A stretch of DNA of 64,000 nt, from assembly GCA_004431415.1 (NCBI GenBank), contig QPMI01000062.1, positions 530,339 to 594,338 of the forward strand, given 5' to 3'. Origin of the DNA: Cyanophora paradoxa CCMP329. Taxonomy: Eukaryota; Plantae; Glaucophyta. Each line of letters starts with the position of its first letter. Position 1 is the stretch's first letter. Below are positions 60,122-64,000 of the stretch, in pieces. Position numbers and translations under genes: made by a program. The notes beneath the pieces are model-generated. The model was given only the letters and a program-made list of their open reading frames with translations. It had not been told where the DNA came from and ran no database searches.

Positions 60122-61698
60122 CTAGGCGTCGAGGGCGGGCCCGGAGTAGTCGGCCCAGGCGAGGGAGGCGATGGTGCGGGCGAGGCGGGCCGGGTGCGGC
60201 GCCAGCATCTGGACGAGCTGGAGGCGCGCCTCGGGGTCCCCCTCGGAGGCCAGGCCGCGCTCCAGCGCCCCGATCCGGTCCGCCGCCTCCATCACCAGCG
60301 CCCGCTCCCGGCCCCCCGGCGCCAGCCGCGAGCACTGCCCCGCGTACATCTGCGGGGGTGGTAGATGGCCGGTCAGACAGAGCCCGGAAGCGAAGCGAGG
60401 GCGAGCTCCGAAACGCGCACGAGGAGGTCGGTGCGGGCCGCCTCGAGGTCGCGCCCCAGCGCGAAGCGCAGCAGCGCCAGGTCCCGCCGCTCGCACACCT
60501 GCTCGCGTCGGGTCAGATCGGATCGGATCAGATCTGATCTGAGCCGGGCTGACGTTGAGGGGGTCGACGAGGGCGAGGAGCTCGGCGGCGGCGAGTGCGC
60601 CCTCGAGCTCGCAGCGGCTCAGGTGAACGCTCTTCAGGCCACGCAGCACACGGAAGAGCGTCCTCCGCCTCGGCTCCCCCCTCAGCATCCTGGCCCCTCG
60701 CTTAGCCAGGCCGAGGGGCGGAGGACCAAGCGAGAGGGGCGGGGCGGACGGGTCGGGGAGGGCGGCGGCGGGGTCCCGGGTGAGGGTGCGGAAGCGGGCG
60801 AGGCAGTCGTCGCGGTAGAGGAGCGCGCCGCCCTTGGCCGCGTCCACGAGCACCTCGGGGCCCTCCTCGCCGTCCCGCGCCCGCGGGCGCAGCAGGAAGG
60901 GCCCCGGGAAGGCCGCCACGTCGCACGCGAGGCCCATCCGCTCGCACACGGCCGCGTAGAGCAGCGTCAGCGGGCCCGTGTAGCCTGGGCGAGGAGTCAG
61001 CGGGGCGAGGAGGAGGGGGACGCGAGGAGGGGGCGGACCGCTGCGGGCGGCGAGGGCGTAGGAGAGGTACGCGGCGGCGGGGCTCCGGTGCTCCCGCGAC
61101 GTGCGGAACCCGAGCTCCTCGAAGAGGTACCCCCGCGCCGCCCGCAGCACCCGCAGCGGGTACGGCGACTCCGGCGCGTGCTCCCGGGCCCCCTCGGCTG
61201 CCGGCCGGCTCAGATGCGATCGGCGGCGGCCGCGGGGGCGGGGGGCCGAGCGCGGCGCCGGCGCACCGAGGGAGTCGAGGGCGGCGAGGGTTTCGGAGGC
61301 GGGGACACCCGTGGCGTTCTGCTCGATCAGCGCCGCCACGCGCGCCAGGCTCATTTCCTCCTCCCGGCTAATCTCCTCGAACACCTGCGACGGCCCAGTC
61401 GGATTCTGCGCCGGCGGCGGCAGAGCGAACTCCGGTGCCAGCGCACCTCGCGGTGAATCTGCACTCGGTCCACGGCCGGCCGTGCCTGGGCGACGTCCAC
61501 GTCCAGCTGGGCCCGCGCGTCTTTCGGGGCAACGGGAAGAGACGCGACGAACACTCGTCGCCGGTACTTGGTCGGCAGGCGATCCGCCGGCGAGGAAGAC
61601 CGCCACTGTGCCGCCTTGCTGCTGGGGATAACTGGCGCCGGGTGCGCCGCCGGCCTGGCCGAGGGGACGCCGACGGAAAATGCGGCACCAGTTTCCAT
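60122..61698 (-). CDS. SirB1 / transglutaminase-like core (Transglut_core2) + TPR protein, probably plastid-targeted
   Basis: Leader METGAAFSVGVP; YPLRVLRAARGYLFEELGF, LTLLYAAVCERMGL, FPGPFLLRP, VLVDAAKGG, LFRVLRGLKSVH, ERRDLALL. Confidence 0.78.
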
Positions 61699-62121
61699 TG
61701 TTCTGAGCGTTGGCGGAAGGCTTTGACTTCAGAAGAGAACGACGATGCTTGATGCCGATCGCGTATGCAGGTGTGTCTAGTTGTCAGGCGCTGAGAATGT
61801 TGTTGCACGAAGCTGAAGGAAGGATCGCAGGAAACAACCGGCGGGAGAATGCAAACGTCCGCTGCCCGTTTCCAAACGGGTGGCAACGCTGACAGCACTG
61901 AAAAAATTGCAAGGCGCACGGCTCCCGCAAGCCCGCCACGCGACGACACGAGCCGGCTTCTCCCCCCAGACTTTGTTCGTACCCCCCTCCTTCGGCCCAA
62001 CACTTGCTCTGCACCCGGCGCCGGCAGCTGTGCTACAGTCGGCGTACGCGTTCGCGTGAGACAAAACGTCTGCAGCTGCCGTGAGACGAAACGTCGCACA
62101 AGGCAGGCTAGCTAGCCAGCG

Positions 62122-63658
62122 CTAGTCGTAGATGCGGAGGAAGCCGGTGATGCGGCCGCGGTCCACCGGGCAGGGCCGATAGGAGTCGCGGAACTGGGCG
62201 GCGCAGGGGGCGCAGAGGACGTGCCCGCACGGCTCGATGGCGCGGCGCTCGGAGCGGTCCTTGCGCTGGAGGCAGACGGGGCACTCGAAGGTGCGGAGGG
62301 CGAGGAGCTCCTTGGCGACGGCGGCGGCGTCGGCGCGGCGGTGCGCCTCCCGCGCGATCGCCGCCACCGCCTCCGGCGCCTCCATCTCCGCCGCCTCCAG
62401 CTGCCCGGCCCCGCCCCGCCGCGGCCCGCGTCGGCCGGGGAAGAGAGGGGAGGGCGCGGGGGGTACGAGTAGGCACCTCAAGGGCGCCGAGCTCGGCGGC
62501 GGGCATGGCCTGGAGGAGGCCCTCGTCCTGCCACCCGCCCCGCGTCGGCGGCTGCCGCCCCCGCCCCCGGTGTCAAGTCCGCGGCGCAGGGCGGGGCGGG
62601 GTCGGGGGCCGGGCGGCACCGTGGTGGGGAGGCTGAGGGGCGGGGGCGAGGCGGAGGCCGGCGAGCCGCCGCCGGAGCCGGAGGAGGAGAGGTCGGAGGC
62701 GGGGCCGGCGAGGCGGCCGGCGAGGGGCGCCCGCGGAGGGCGGCCGCGTGGGCCACACGTAGGGCGCGATCCGCAGCAGCGACCGCTTCAGCGCCAGGCC
62801 GACCTGCGCGCGGGCCGGCCTCAGGCAGGGAAAGAGCATCGGGGCGGGGTGCCGGCGGGCGCACGCGGGAGGCGGCGGCGTGAGGAGGGAGGGGGCCGGG
62901 GCCGGGGCGCAGGGGCGGCGAGGCGGGCGCGGAGTCCTCGAGCTCCCGCTGCAGCGCGGCGGCCTCGGCGGCGGCGCGCGCGGCGGCCGCCCGCGCCTCG
63001 TCCGCGCCCGCTCCGCCTCCGCCAGGCGCGCCCCGTCCGGCGCCTCGCTGGGGCGGCCCCAGGCGAAGGGGTCGTCGTCGAGGAGCCGCTCGCGGCGCGG
63101 GGCGGCCCCCGAGCGCAGGAACTCGAGGAGGGCGTCCCCGTCGGCGCAGGCGCGCGCCCAGGGCGGCATCTCGGGGAGGGGGTTGCCCCCGCAGAAGAAC
63201 GAGGGGCCGGCGAGGCGGGGCAAGCCGCCCAGCTCGGCGGGGAGGGCGCGCAGGCGGTTCTGGGAGACGTCCAGGCGCTCGAGGGCGGCGAGGCGGCCCA
63301 GGGCCGGCGGCAGGCGCTCGAGGCGGTTGCCGTGCAGGTAGAGCCGCTGCAGGCTCGCCAGGCCGGCGATCGCCGGCGGCACGGCCTCGAGAGCGTTGTG
63401 GGAGACGTCGAGGGTCCTCAGCGCGGAGAGGCGCGAGAGCTCGTCGGGCAGCGCGGCGAGGCGGTTGCCGGAGAGGAGCAGGGCCTCCAGGTTCGCCAGC
63501 GCCGCCAGCTCGGGCCCAGGCAGCTCCGCGAGGGCGTTGCCCGCGAGGCAGAGCCACCGCACGTTCTCCGCGCCCGCCTCCTGGATCGCATCCCGCGGCC
63601 ACTCCGTGAGGCCCTGGCAGCTGAGGACCAGCTGCCCGCTCTCCGCGTTCCACGACAT
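62122..63658 (-). CDS. LRR + C-terminal RING finger protein (putative E3 ligase)
   Basis: LxxLxLxxNxL repeats; RING CPVC..PCGHVLCAPC..CPVD; apparent 1-nt frameshift near 63005. Confidence 0.82.
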
Positions 63659-64000
63659 CGGCGCCGCTCCACCCCCGCACGCGGCCGCGATCGGTCTAAA
63701 CTACCGGTAAGGGATGCGCTGATCGCGCGGGGAGGTCGCCGGCGGCGCGCCGCGAGCCCAATGTCCCGCCACGTCCAGCCGTCACGAGAGCCCAGCGGGC
63801 CTCCTGCGCGGCGAGCGCGACCGTCAGCAACGCAACAGGGACGTACACGCAGATATGACTGTTGCTGAAAGCCGGGATGGCTGCCCGAGCGGTGACGGAC
63901 CAAGTTCTGAAACCAAACAGAGCGGCGGTTACCAGGCGGTTGAGCGACGGGCGGGGACTGCGAGACGATCGAGACAAGCCGGCATACGCATGCAGATCCA

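Overview
Gene-dense, very GC-rich eukaryotic nuclear DNA with many short (about 40-100 nt) introns, often with GC donors. It comes from a flagellated alga with a primary plastid: IFT70, Phe-containing transit-peptide-like leaders and a cyanobacterial-type SirB1 gene point to a glaucophyte such as Cyanophora (inference, not proven). About 20 spliced genes can be reconstructed by hand: POLD2 (partial), a securin-like protein, a PH+DDHD phospholipase, IFT70/TTC30, THI4, three tandem membrane hybrid histidine kinases (12.1-36.6 kb), an AVT1-like transporter, an NPSN SNARE, two F-box proteins, a coiled-coil protein ending in a PBCV-type basic adaptor motif, a nucleus-encoded bacterial-type RNase P protein (RnpA), an FkbM methyltransferase, a SirB1-family protein and an LRR-RING protein. 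A roughly 2.5 kb element with Helitron2/Helentron-like ends carries zinc-finger ORFs. The best leads are the organelle-targeted RnpA with an altered RNR motif, the Cache-HAMP-PAS-PAS-HK-REC receptor array with a phytochrome-like output PAS, and the rolling-circle-like element. Gene spans include introns. Splice models are manual and untested, and family assignments come from motif recognition, not database searches.
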